The translations under genes and the position numbers were made by a program. A stretch of 64,000 nt of DNA, from assembly GCA_964396385.1 (NCBI GenBank), contig CAYNFH010000004.1, positions 5,008 through 69,007 of the forward strand. The letters run 5' to 3'. Positions 35,853-43,381 of the stretch are shown here, piece after piece. Numbering within the stretch: the stretch's first letter is position 1; each line of letters opens with the position of its first letter. This stretch comes from an uncultured Chthonomonadaceae bacterium. Its GTDB lineage: Bacteria; Armatimonadota; Chthonomonadetes; Chthonomonadales; CAJBBX01. The notes beneath the pieces are model-generated. The model saw only the letters and a program-made list of their open reading frames with translations, made no database searches and was not told the DNA's origin.

Positions 35853-35878
35853 TCAGGTGTTCAGGTGTTCAGGTGTTG
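35853..35878. repeat. Tandem octamer TCAGGTGT x3
   Basis: Lies between the SNF2 start and the upstream gene's stop. Same GGTGTTCAGG word as the hairpin at 36498-36549. Confidence 0.8.
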
Positions 35879-35938
35879 GGGACCAGTCACCTACGGAGTC
35901 CGTGCCTACATCGCCATAGATATGCCGCCATGCAGCAT

Positions 35939-36484
35939 TCACGTCCATTCGCGTTCATTCGCGGCCAACGACTCCCAGCTTGTTTGTGGATAGACCAGCC
36001 TCAGAGCCTGTAGCAGTCGCTCGAACGGCTCTGTGATGAAACCGCGGCGAGCGAGCTCATGCGCGAGGATGGCGGCCTTCATGCCCGAGGAAGGCGGATC
36101 GTTCACCCAGGCCCATTCGGCCGGTATCCCCTCCCGCGGCGGGACCACCTGTACGCACGGGATAGAAGGGGCGATCTCCGTCCGGCAGTACTCCGCCGAG
36201 CCCAGAGACGGTAAGCAGACCAGGAGGTCCGGCTCGCGGCGGCAGGCATCGAACAGGGAGTGAGTGAGGAGGGTAGTCCCCATGGGACGGACCTTCTCCT
36301 CCGGCCAGAGCAGTCCGGCCGGAGCGGCCAGGGTGTTGTGAACGAATTCCTGGGGCTGCCCCTTACCGTCGATGATCAGCAGACCGCCATAGAAGGAGCG
36401 GTCCGGCGGCAGCCATCGTACGTTCAGGTATGCCGCCAGGCCGTATTCCGCCGCCCGCGGCGTCTTGCGGTAGGGGACAGGCAT
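35939..36484 (-). CDS. Hypothetical protein (181 aa) within the SNF2/ATPase cassette
   Basis: Co-directional ORF with ordinary composition. No motif recognised. Bracketed by GGTGTTCAGG-type repeats. Confidence 0.6.
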   Translation of the reverse strand: MPVPYRKTPRAAEYGLAAYLNVRWLPPDRSFYGGLLIIDGKGQPQEFVHNTLAAPAGLLWPEEKVRPMGTTLLTHSLFDACRREPDLLVCLPSLGSAEYCRTEIAPSIPCVQVVPPREGIPAEWAWVNDPPSSGMKAAILAHELARRGFITEPFERLLQALRLVYPQTSWESLAANEREWT

Positions 36485-36497
36485 GGGTGAAAACCTG

Positions 36498-36549
36498 GGT
36501 GTTCAGGCGCTCGGACCCGAATACAGGAATACCTGAATACCTGAACACC
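36498..36549. repeat. Intergenic hairpin repeat (GGTGTTCAGG / CCTGAACACC arms)
   Basis: GGTGTTCAGG ... ATACCTGA ATACCTGA ACACC. The complementary arms flank an approximately 30-nt centre. Confidence 0.8.
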
Positions 36550-36552
36550 GTC

Positions 36553-37776
36553 CTATTCCTTGGCGTCCTCTTCCTCCGCGATGATGTCTGCGTCTGTAAT
36601 CTTGGTGGGGTCGAAGTGAACGTCTTCGACCTCTACGTCCGGGCGGTACTCCGGGTAGTAACGGTGTAGGTCCCATCGCGTGATCCATCCCCGAATCTCG
36701 GAGCGTATCGAGGTGCGGACATCGGCATGGCTCTCCGGGAGGGTGGGGACGGCGATGCCGTAAGCCTGCTCGTAGATCGCCTTGATCCGGTACTTTACCT
36801 CCTCCTCCTGCTCTCTGGTGGGCGATTCCAGCCGGTATGGGCTCTTCAGCATCTCGATACCGTAGAGCGCGCGACGGTCCCGCTCGTCCGCCGCAAAGCC
36901 GGAAGTGGCAAGCCGCTCCTCGTCGCGTGTGCCGCCGGTCACCGATTCCGCCACGAATCCGCTGGCGGTAGTGAACACCGGCAGCAGCGCGCTGCCGGTC
37001 TGCTCCGCCGCCTCACGCCACCAGCCAAGCTCGGAATAGGCCGCGAGGCGCTGGTTGAGCGAGAACTTGGCCACGCGCTCCATCTCATCGAACAAGATCA
37101 CCCAGCCCTTGCAGCCCGCCGCGCGGAAGATCTGGGCCAGGAGCCGGATGCGGTCATGGGCGAGAAGCCGGCTCGGAGGTCCCGCCAGGTCGTATGCCGC
37201 AGCCTGGCTGATCTGTTTGAGCCGGTTCTTGATGATGTTGCGGATTATTCCCCGGCCTTCGAAGTCGTTCAGGATCTGGAGGCGCAGCTCCTCATCGGCG
37301 CGGAATGCTTCGTAGATGTGCAGGAGAGCTCGGAAGCGGTCGTCTATACTCGCCGTGCGCGTCCACTCCTGCAGCGCGCGGTACTCCTCGGAATCGGTGC
37401 GCAGTGTGGACGCCAGCGCCCGAAGTGCCTTGCCGGCCTGCCCCGGGGCATGCGCCGCATCGGCTAAGGCCTTGACCACAAGCTGACCGTTGCCCAGCGG
37501 CATTTCCGGACTTATCACCACATAGCTGGTAACGAATCCCTCTCGCTCCGCAAGGATCTGGAGGTAGTTCAACAGGTGCGTCTTGCCCGCCCCGAAAGTG
37601 GCAGAGATAACGATGGGATTTGCGCCTCGGCCCTCCGCCAGGTTGTCCAGCTCGTCCTCGAATCGCTCCCGCACGTCATGCTGGGTGGTGCCAAGCTGCG
37701 CCGCCGCGTCGCGGCTGGGCACACCGGACCGTAGCGATTCCACCGCGCTACGCGCCATGACCGCATCCGGGCTCAT
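36553..37776 (-). CDS. BrxD/DUF2791-like P-loop ATPase
   Basis: N-terminal AVESLRSGVPSRD, Walker A ISATFGAGKTHLLNYL, and Walker B GWVILFDEMERV. The layout is as I remember for PF10923 (BrxC_BrxD). Its ATG overlaps the upstream stop by 4 nt. Confidence 0.75.
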   Translation of the reverse strand: MSPDAVMARSAVESLRSGVPSRDAAAQLGTTQHDVRERFEDELDNLAEGRGANPIVISATFGAGKTHLLNYLQILAEREGFVTSYVVISPEMPLGNGQLVVKALADAAHAPGQAGKALRALASTLRTDSEEYRALQEWTRTASIDDRFRALLHIYEAFRADEELRLQILNDFEGRGIIRNIIKNRLKQISQAAAYDLAGPPSRLLAHDRIRLLAQIFRAAGCKGWVILFDEMERVAKFSLNQRLAAYSELGWWREAAEQTGSALLPVFTTASGFVAESVTGGTRDEERLATSGFAADERDRRALYGIEMLKSPYRLESPTREQEEEVKYRIKAIYEQAYGIAVPTLPESHADVRTSIRSEIRGWITRWDLHRYYPEYRPDVEVEDVHFDPTKITDADIIAEEEDAKE

Positions 37777-38885
37777 GCCGAGTCCTCCAGGAAGACCAGC
37801 GACGCCGCCCGATTGGCGAACTGCACGTCATGCACCTCCTGCCCGATGCGCGTCTGTAAGGCGTCGTAGTCGAAATAGCAGCGCTTCACGCTCGGATCGA
37901 GAGTCTTGTCGCGGTAGAAGTCGGGAGTGGTGAGGATCACCAGCTGGAACCGCTCGAACCGGTCGATCTCGTCGATGAAGCGGCGGACCATGGTAAGCAT
38001 CTGCATGTAGGCCGCGTCGCTATATGTGACGTCGGGCTCGCTGGACGCATCTTCCGCCGCCAGCCGCGCCAGCTCATCCGCGCTCGCTCCGCGGGCCAGC
38101 GCCTCCCTGACAAGCTGAAGCTGCTCCGCCTGTCGCTTGCCTCGGCCCACCCTCTTATACTCGTACGGCCGGAAGTCGAACGTGACTACCAGGCCCGCGT
38201 GACCGGAGTGCGGCAACCATCGGCAGAAGGAAGCCAGCATGGATCGGGCGTTGCCGAGATTGATCCTCTCATAGATCAGGACCTTCTTGAGAGCGGATGC
38301 CGCTCCGGGCATGGTCCGGCCGTGGAACCAGCCCAACAGCACCTCTTCCGTGGTCGGCGTTACGGCATCCGGAATGAGCTGCGCGCGTCCGAGCGCCGTG
38401 ATGGCGGTACGGAACTCGATGGAGAGGCGCGGATCCCGGAGCTGCGGGGTGGCGAGCTGCTGCTGATACTGGTTAAGGAGGTCCTGCGGCTCACGTCCAT
38501 TGTCGCGCGCGATGCGGTCCAGATCATTCAGAGCACGCCCCTCCGCCAGGTGAATGCCCTGAGATTGCAGGTAATGACGCGCCTGCACTCCCGCCCACGC
38601 GCGCCAGTCAACGTCCCGCGTGACCGCGAAGTAAAAGCGGTCGATGCGGTGGTAGTCCGGCCGTTTGCCCTCCGGTGTTCGCTGTGCCGGGTCCAGGTGC
38701 GCGTGGTAGTAGCCGCCGTTCCGGGCCATCTGGGCGACCGTCTCGGCCGCCCGCTCCGGAAGGTCTCCCTCACCGGTGATTACCTTGACGGCGGAGCCTC
38801 CGGAGCGCACGTAGTCGGCGAGGTACTCGCAGTCCAGCACCTCTGTCCAGGCACCCAGCGGAACGCGCGGCACGATATCACCCAT
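37773..38885 (-). CDS. Hypothetical protein, apparently a P-loop-less paralogue of the adjacent ATPase
   Basis: SGGSAVKVITGEGDLPE sits where the neighbour has GRGANPIVISATFGAGKT. AGLVVTFDFRPYEY sits where the neighbour has GWVILFDEMERV. Translationally coupled to the ATPase gene. Confidence 0.6.
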   Translation of the reverse strand: MGDIVPRVPLGAWTEVLDCEYLADYVRSGGSAVKVITGEGDLPERAAETVAQMARNGGYYHAHLDPAQRTPEGKRPDYHRIDRFYFAVTRDVDWRAWAGVQARHYLQSQGIHLAEGRALNDLDRIARDNGREPQDLLNQYQQQLATPQLRDPRLSIEFRTAITALGRAQLIPDAVTPTTEEVLLGWFHGRTMPGAASALKKVLIYERINLGNARSMLASFCRWLPHSGHAGLVVTFDFRPYEYKRVGRGKRQAEQLQLVREALARGASADELARLAAEDASSEPDVTYSDAAYMQMLTMVRRFIDEIDRFERFQLVILTTPDFYRDKTLDPSVKRCYFDYDALQTRIGQEVHDVQFANRAASLVFLEDSA

Positions 38886-38902
38886 GCGCCTTGTTACCCC
38901 TT

Positions 38903-39661
38903 CTATTTGAACCAGATGGCGTAGTAGCGGATGGGCCGGCCGTCTTCGGAGCTGACCTGGAATACGTCCCGCTCCTTGGCGTTGCCGGACGGGTACTCTA
39001 TCTCAAACGTGCGGCCGCCGCGCGTTGCCCGCAGGCCTGAGCGGTGCAGGGCATATATCTGCTGGGCGAATGCCATCGGAGGGTTCTCCCGCTTGTATCC
39101 CGGAGAGAGGCAGAACAGATCGTAGATGTCGCGGAATTTGGCGAACGGCCGCTCCTTGCCGCCCAGGTACTGGCAGGCGCCCAAGAGGCTCTCCAGGAAT
39201 TCCTGTGAGTTGGCGGCGGCGGTGCGGTTCCGCAGCCGCTTGAGTTCCTCGGCGGCTACGCTGGGCCGGATGAAGGGCCAGGAGAGCTTTCCCAGCAGAA
39301 GCACGCCTCGGGCGGGCTGCGCGCGAACCGTAACCGGCGAGGAGATGAGGGTGTCGTCTTCCGCGACCGTCCGGAGGCCGAACCGCTCGGAGGCGGTCTG
39401 CTGGAGCTCCTGCCGCCAGGCGTCGCCTTCCAGGTAGGTGCGAGAGTCAAACTCCCAGGCTTGCCGGGCGTCTCTCGTGGTTTGCGGCAGAGCGCCGCCT
39501 AGCTCCTCCGCTTGCGCCGCGGCCTTCTGCATGTTACCGAGGTGGCCGTGGTGGCAGGCTTTCTTCCAGGCTTTGAGCGCGCTGACGTACTTCCCGGCCG
39601 CCTTGACCAGCCCGTCCACACGCTCCTCCTGCTCCTGCAGCGCCTCCTCCAAGCTCAACAT
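38903..39661 (-). CDS. Hypothetical protein (252 aa), first gene of the cassette
   Basis: ATG 39659-39661 behind an AGGAGG RBS. The longer 385-aa ORF would run through the opposite-strand gene at 39758-40066. Confidence 0.6.
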   Translation of the reverse strand: MLSLEEALQEQEERVDGLVKAAGKYVSALKAWKKACHHGHLGNMQKAAAQAEELGGALPQTTRDARQAWEFDSRTYLEGDAWRQELQQTASERFGLRTVAEDDTLISSPVTVRAQPARGVLLLGKLSWPFIRPSVAAEELKRLRNRTAAANSQEFLESLLGACQYLGGKERPFAKFRDIYDLFCLSPGYKRENPPMAFAQQIYALHRSGLRATRGGRTFEIEYPSGNAKERDVFQVSSEDGRPIRYYAIWFK

Positions 39662-39753
39662 AGCACCTCCTGGTACTTTGCCCCATTCTACCCGCTTAGT
39701 GCGTGCCCTTCCCAGGAACCTCGCGCTCTCAGTGCCAACCTGTCGGCCAACGG

Positions 39754-39759
39754 TATAAT
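39754..39759 (+). promoter_or_regulatory. Possible -10 box (TATAAT) for the HEPN-module operon
   Basis: Perfect TATAAT with no good -35. If it is used, the transcript would start near ATG 39767, giving a leaderless mRNA. Confidence 0.25.
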
Positions 39760-40066
39760 GATGAGCATGAAAACGCTGGCCGATTCTCTGATTGGTGGAT
39801 TGACTGAGTCCAAGGAACTCGAACGTGTCTTGCGGGAGCGTGTTGGAGCGTCCATCCAAGTTGCAGATTGGGTGGTCGGCGAAGGTACCGATGCGGGGGG
39901 CGACAGGGCCATCTGGGTTTACGGCCTGCTGAGTGACCCCGACACTTCCTTCGAGATCACGGCCAATGTTCGCAAGGAAGTACGGGCTGTTATCCAAGAC
40001 GCTTTGGGCAGCGATGCCCCCTGGGTCTACGTGCGCTTCACCGATGCCGCTGAAGTTCACGGTTAA
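39758..40066 (+). CDS. Small hypothetical protein (about 100 aa), upstream partner of the HEPN-like protein
   Basis: TAATG stop/start overlap with the next gene. The start may be ATG 39758, 39761 or 39767. Confidence 0.5.
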   Translation: MMSMKTLADSLIGGLTESKELERVLRERVGASIQVADWVVGEGTDAGGDRAIWVYGLLSDPDTSFEITANVRKEVRAVIQDALGSDAPWVYVRFTDAAEVHG

Positions 40067-40572
40067 TGGCTCTCCATCACGACCTTCTTGCTCAAGCTCG
40101 CCTTCTTGCCACTCATGAACCCCGAAAGCCCAAGCAGGCGAGTTTGCGCCGGGCCATTTCTACAGCGTACTATGCTCTATTTCACCTACTGACATCCGAA
40201 GCCGCAGGTAGTTGGTTGACAGGAGCCGGACGTGACGCATTGCGAGCTTCCCTCAGGCGTGCATTTGACCATTCTACGATGAGGCGAGCATGCCAGGAGA
40301 TTGTGAAGCCCAACGAAGGCAAACTGCATTCCGCATTGTGCGGAGTGCCGTGCCCGCCTCGACTGAAGGACGTGGCGGCCGCGTTTGTGGAGCTTCAGCA
40401 AGCCCGACACGAGGCAGACTACGACGTTACCCACCGCTACACGCGTCGAGAGGCACTGGAAATGGTAATGCTCGCCGAAGGCGCCTTCGACGATTGGCGG
40501 GCCGCGCGCAATAGCATTCCGGCAGAGGCCTTCCTGGCCGCCCTTATCGCCGAGAGAGGCATGGGGCGCTAG
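40066..40572 (+). CDS. HEPN-like protein
   Basis: LRRAISTAYYALFHLL helix and the RHEADYD motif (R-x-x-x-D-Y, classical HEPN type), in a 168-aa all-helical-looking protein. Confidence 0.55.
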   Translation: MALHHDLLAQARLLATHEPRKPKQASLRRAISTAYYALFHLLTSEAAGSWLTGAGRDALRASLRRAFDHSTMRRACQEIVKPNEGKLHSALCGVPCPPRLKDVAAAFVELQQARHEADYDVTHRYTRREALEMVMLAEGAFDDWRAARNSIPAEAFLAALIAERGMGR

Positions 40573-40587
40573 CGTCTTCGAAGTGAG

Positions 40588-40866
40588 TTGTAGGGGCAGC
40601 CCTGCGTAGCCGGCCGCGTCGCCTGCAACCTCGGCGTGCCGGGCTGAGTTCTAGAGGCAGGAGGAAGTCGTGCCTGAGCCGCCTGAGAGACCGGAGCCGT
40701 CGATTGGGGCGCTGATTGCGCGCGGGATCGCGATGATCGTGTGCGCGATTGTCGCGGCGAACTTGATCCTCGCGCTGCATGCGCCGGTGGGGCACTGAGG
40801 CCGAAGCGGATGGCCGCGCGATTCCGCTACTGCCCGGACCCGATATTCCTGGCGGCCGCCGCGCCC
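40588..40866 (+). repeat. Right copy of the approximately 280-bp direct repeat
   Basis: Matches 32826-33105. Carries the duplicated small ORF (40670-40798) and a truncated start of the membrane protein gene. Confidence 0.9.
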
Positions 40867-40881
40867 TCCCTCAGGCAATAG
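40810..40881 (+). pseudogene. Truncated duplicate of the 5' end of the 33048-33464 membrane protein gene
   Basis: MAARFRYCPDPIFLAAAAPSLRQ-stop compared with MGRRFRYCLDPVFLGAAALYLL... in the intact copy. Confidence 0.7.
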
Positions 40882-41057
40882 CTTCGGCTTCCTGGACGGA
40901 CACGCGAGGTCTGTGACTCAGGACAAGGTCCCCACTCTGCAATGGCGGCCAGGCGTTAACCAGAGTCACCCCCGTTGACGACCACTGCTTTCGCTTCGCA
41001 GGAGCCAAGCCTCCGCGAAGAGAACAGGGCTTCACCAAGTCAGCCGGAGCAACAAGA

Positions 41058-42299
41058 ATGCCCTGGATTCCGTCTCCTTCCCTCTGCTGCGCTGTGGCTA
41101 TCGTGGCGGCCGGATGCCTGATGGCTGTGGCCACCGGGCAGACGCGGGAGTGGCCCAGCGTGGAGATGCTGCCGGCCAACCCGGAACTGCCGGACCCGCT
41201 GATGATGTTCGACGGCACGCGCGTTACCACCAGGCGGCAGTGGAGAATGGAGCGGCGGCCGGAGCTCAAGCGGCTCTTTGAACACTATATGTACGGTACG
41301 GCGCCTCCTCCTCCCCGCAACCTCAAAGCCACCCTGGAGCGCGAGGACCCGCGGTTCTTTGGCGGCAAGGCTACCGAGCGGCAGGTGACGCTGCGGTTCG
41401 GCCCGAAGGACACGCCTCCCATTCACCTGCTCCTGCTCATCCCCAACCGGCGAAGCAGCCCCGCGCCGGCCTTCGCGGGCCTCGCCTTCTGCCGCAACTA
41501 CGCCGTGGTGGACGATCCCACGCTCCCCAGGCCGGCCGGCGCGAAGGACCCGCGCGGCTCTCAGAGGGACACCTGGAATGTGGAGCAGTCCATCGACCGG
41601 GGCTACGCCGTGGCCACCTTCTTCAACGGGGACGTGGAGCCGGACGACCCGAACGCCACCACCGGCGTGCGGGCAAGCTACCGCCCGGTGGGACGCTGGG
41701 ACTGGGGCACCATCGCCGCCTGGGCATGGGGCATCCAGCGCGTGGTGGACTACCTCCGGACCGTGCCGGATATCGACCGCCGCCGCATCGCCGCGGTGGG
41801 CCACTCACGCAACGGCAAGGCAGCCCTGCTCGCCGCCGCTTTCGACGAACGCATCGCCCTCGCCATCCCGCTCCAGGCCGGCTGCGGGGGTACGGCCCCC
41901 AGCCGCGGGACGGTCGGGGAGTCTGTACAGGCGATTAACGACCGCTTTCCGCACTGGTTCAACGCACGGTTCAAGCGGTTCAACAACCGGCCGGAGCGGC
42001 TGCCCTTCGACCAGAATGGCCTGTTAGCCCTCGTGGCCCCGCGGCCGGTGCTCTTCTCCAACGCGACGGAGGACACCTGGGCCAATCCGGCCGGCCAGTT
42101 CGAGGTGCTGCGCGGCGCCGACCCGGTTTACCGCTTCCTTGGGGTGGATGGGCTGGGAGCCCAGCAGATGCCGCCCACCGGCGAGCTCCTCAACAGCCGG
42201 CTCGGCTACTTCGTCCGCCCCGGCCAGCACTCGATGACACGCGTGGACTGGAACGCGTTCCTGGATTATGCCGACCAGTGGCTGAAGGCACCGGAGTAG
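41058..42299 (+). CDS. Carbohydrate esterase family 15 (glucuronoyl esterase)-like
   Basis: Signal peptide. GHSRNGKAAL serine motif (G-x-S-R-x-GK), and the N-terminal LPDPLMMFDGTRV region typical of CE15. Confidence 0.8.
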   Translation: MPWIPSPSLCCAVAIVAAGCLMAVATGQTREWPSVEMLPANPELPDPLMMFDGTRVTTRRQWRMERRPELKRLFEHYMYGTAPPPPRNLKATLEREDPRFFGGKATERQVTLRFGPKDTPPIHLLLLIPNRRSSPAPAFAGLAFCRNYAVVDDPTLPRPAGAKDPRGSQRDTWNVEQSIDRGYAVATFFNGDVEPDDPNATTGVRASYRPVGRWDWGTIAAWAWGIQRVVDYLRTVPDIDRRRIAAVGHSRNGKAALLAAAFDERIALAIPLQAGCGGTAPSRGTVGESVQAINDRFPHWFNARFKRFNNRPERLPFDQNGLLALVAPRPVLFSNATEDTWANPAGQFEVLRGADPVYRFLGVDGLGAQQMPPTGELLNSRLGYFVRPGQHSMTRVDWNAFLDYADQWLKAPE

Positions 42300-42376
42300 A
42301 GGAGTGTTGGAGTGATGGAGTAGTGACTCCGGATTCCGCTTCACAGCACTCCATCACTCCAGTACTCCAGCACTCC
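42293..42376. repeat. Hairpin repeat (GGAGTGATGGAGT arms, CCGGATTCC core) overlapping the sulfotransferase 5' end
   Basis: Left arm GGAGTAGAGGAGTGTTGGAGTGATGGAGTAGTG, core at 42329-42337, right arm CAGCACTCCATCACTCCAGTACTCCAGCACTCC. Confidence 0.85.
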
Positions 42377-43378
42377 CCCGTCATCATCGGATGTGCGCCA
42401 AGCACGGGGAGCACGCTGCTCCGGATGCTGCTGGGGCGGCATCCCGCGATTGTCTCCGGCGGAGAGCTGGCCGTCTTTGACAAGCCGGAGCTGCTGCGGG
42501 CTTCGGATAAGGAGTACCGGGCACGCATCGGGAAGTGGCTTGCGGAGGGGCTGCCGGTCCCGTTCGTGGGCGGCTCGCGGCAGATATTCCGGGACCTGGA
42601 AGAGTATCCGTGGACGCGAGACGAGGTCGAGGAGCTGGCCTGCTCCGTCTCCACCGTGCGGGAGCTGCTGGACGCGCTCTACGCCCGAAGTTTGAAGGCC
42701 AAAGGGGCGGTGAGGTGGCTGGAGAAGACGCCCTCCAACATCTACTGCTTCGACGCCATCAGGCGGCTCTACCCCGAGGCAAAGCTCATCCACATCGTAC
42801 GGGATGGCCGGGACGCGGTGGTCTCCTACAACCGGCGCGAGCCTAGCGCATTCCGGGCCGTAGCCCGCTGGTACTGTGCTACGGTAGCCGGGATACAGTG
42901 GCGCGGGCATCCGGACTACCTGGAGGTGCGGTACGAGGAGCTGGTCACACAGCCGGTGCGGGTGCTGCGCATGATCTGCGGGTTTCTGGAGGAGCCCTAC
43001 GCAGAGGAGATGCTGCGGCCCGGCGCACCATACTTGCGTGGGCCGGGCGGCTGGCGGCTGGATCCGGCAGCCGCGATCCAGCGCACCAGCGTCGGGCAGT
43101 ATCGAGAGGAGTTGACGGAGTCGCAGCGGCGCCTCTTCAGCGCTGTCGGTCTCTCGGAGGCGGGCCGCACCCCGTTCGCACCCCGCGGCGGGGCAGCGCC
43201 GGAGTCACCGCTCGCGCTACAGGAGCATCTCGGCTATCCCACTGACGGTCTGGAAAACGCCGCTCCGCTTACGCGCGGAGAGGCGCTAGCCCACTGGCAG
43301 GGCTACCTCCGGCACCGGCGCGCCACGTTGAAGAGGTTCGGCATTTTGCACCGGAGCTTCGTCCGCCTCAGGACATGA
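42323..43378 (+). CDS. Sulfotransferase-family protein
   Basis: IIGCAPSTGSTLLRMLL (PAPS 5'-phosphosulfate-binding-loop type). There is no ATG before this motif. The candidate starts, GTG 42323 and GTG 42278, both lie inside or next to the hairpin repeat. Confidence 0.7.
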   Translation: MTPDSASQHSITPVLQHSPVIIGCAPSTGSTLLRMLLGRHPAIVSGGELAVFDKPELLRASDKEYRARIGKWLAEGLPVPFVGGSRQIFRDLEEYPWTRDEVEELACSVSTVRELLDALYARSLKAKGAVRWLEKTPSNIYCFDAIRRLYPEAKLIHIVRDGRDAVVSYNRREPSAFRAVARWYCATVAGIQWRGHPDYLEVRYEELVTQPVRVLRMICGFLEEPYAEEMLRPGAPYLRGPGGWRLDPAAAIQRTSVGQYREELTESQRRLFSAVGLSEAGRTPFAPRGGAAPESPLALQEHLGYPTDGLENAAPLTRGEALAHWQGYLRHRRATLKRFGILHRSFVRLRT

Positions 43379-43381
43379 TCC

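Noticed and set aside
34197-39661. Calling the cassette BREX or DISARM
   Set aside because: Only a BrxD-like ATPase and a SNF2 helicase are present. The window has no PglX/PglXI methyltransferase, PglZ, BrxA/B/C/L, DrmB (DUF1998), DrmC (PLD) or any DNA methyltransferase.
39662-40060. N-terminal 133-codon extension of the 38903-40060 minus-strand ORF
   Set aside because: It would overlap the plus-strand gene at 39758-40066, which is TAATG-coupled to the HEPN-like gene. The internal ATG at 39659-39661 has an AGGAGG RBS.
22895-40866. Integrase, transposase or tRNA attachment site that would define either island as a classical mobile element
   Set aside because: No tyrosine or serine recombinase, DDE transposase motif or tRNA-like sequence was recognised in or beside either island. 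Only the 280-bp direct repeats were found.
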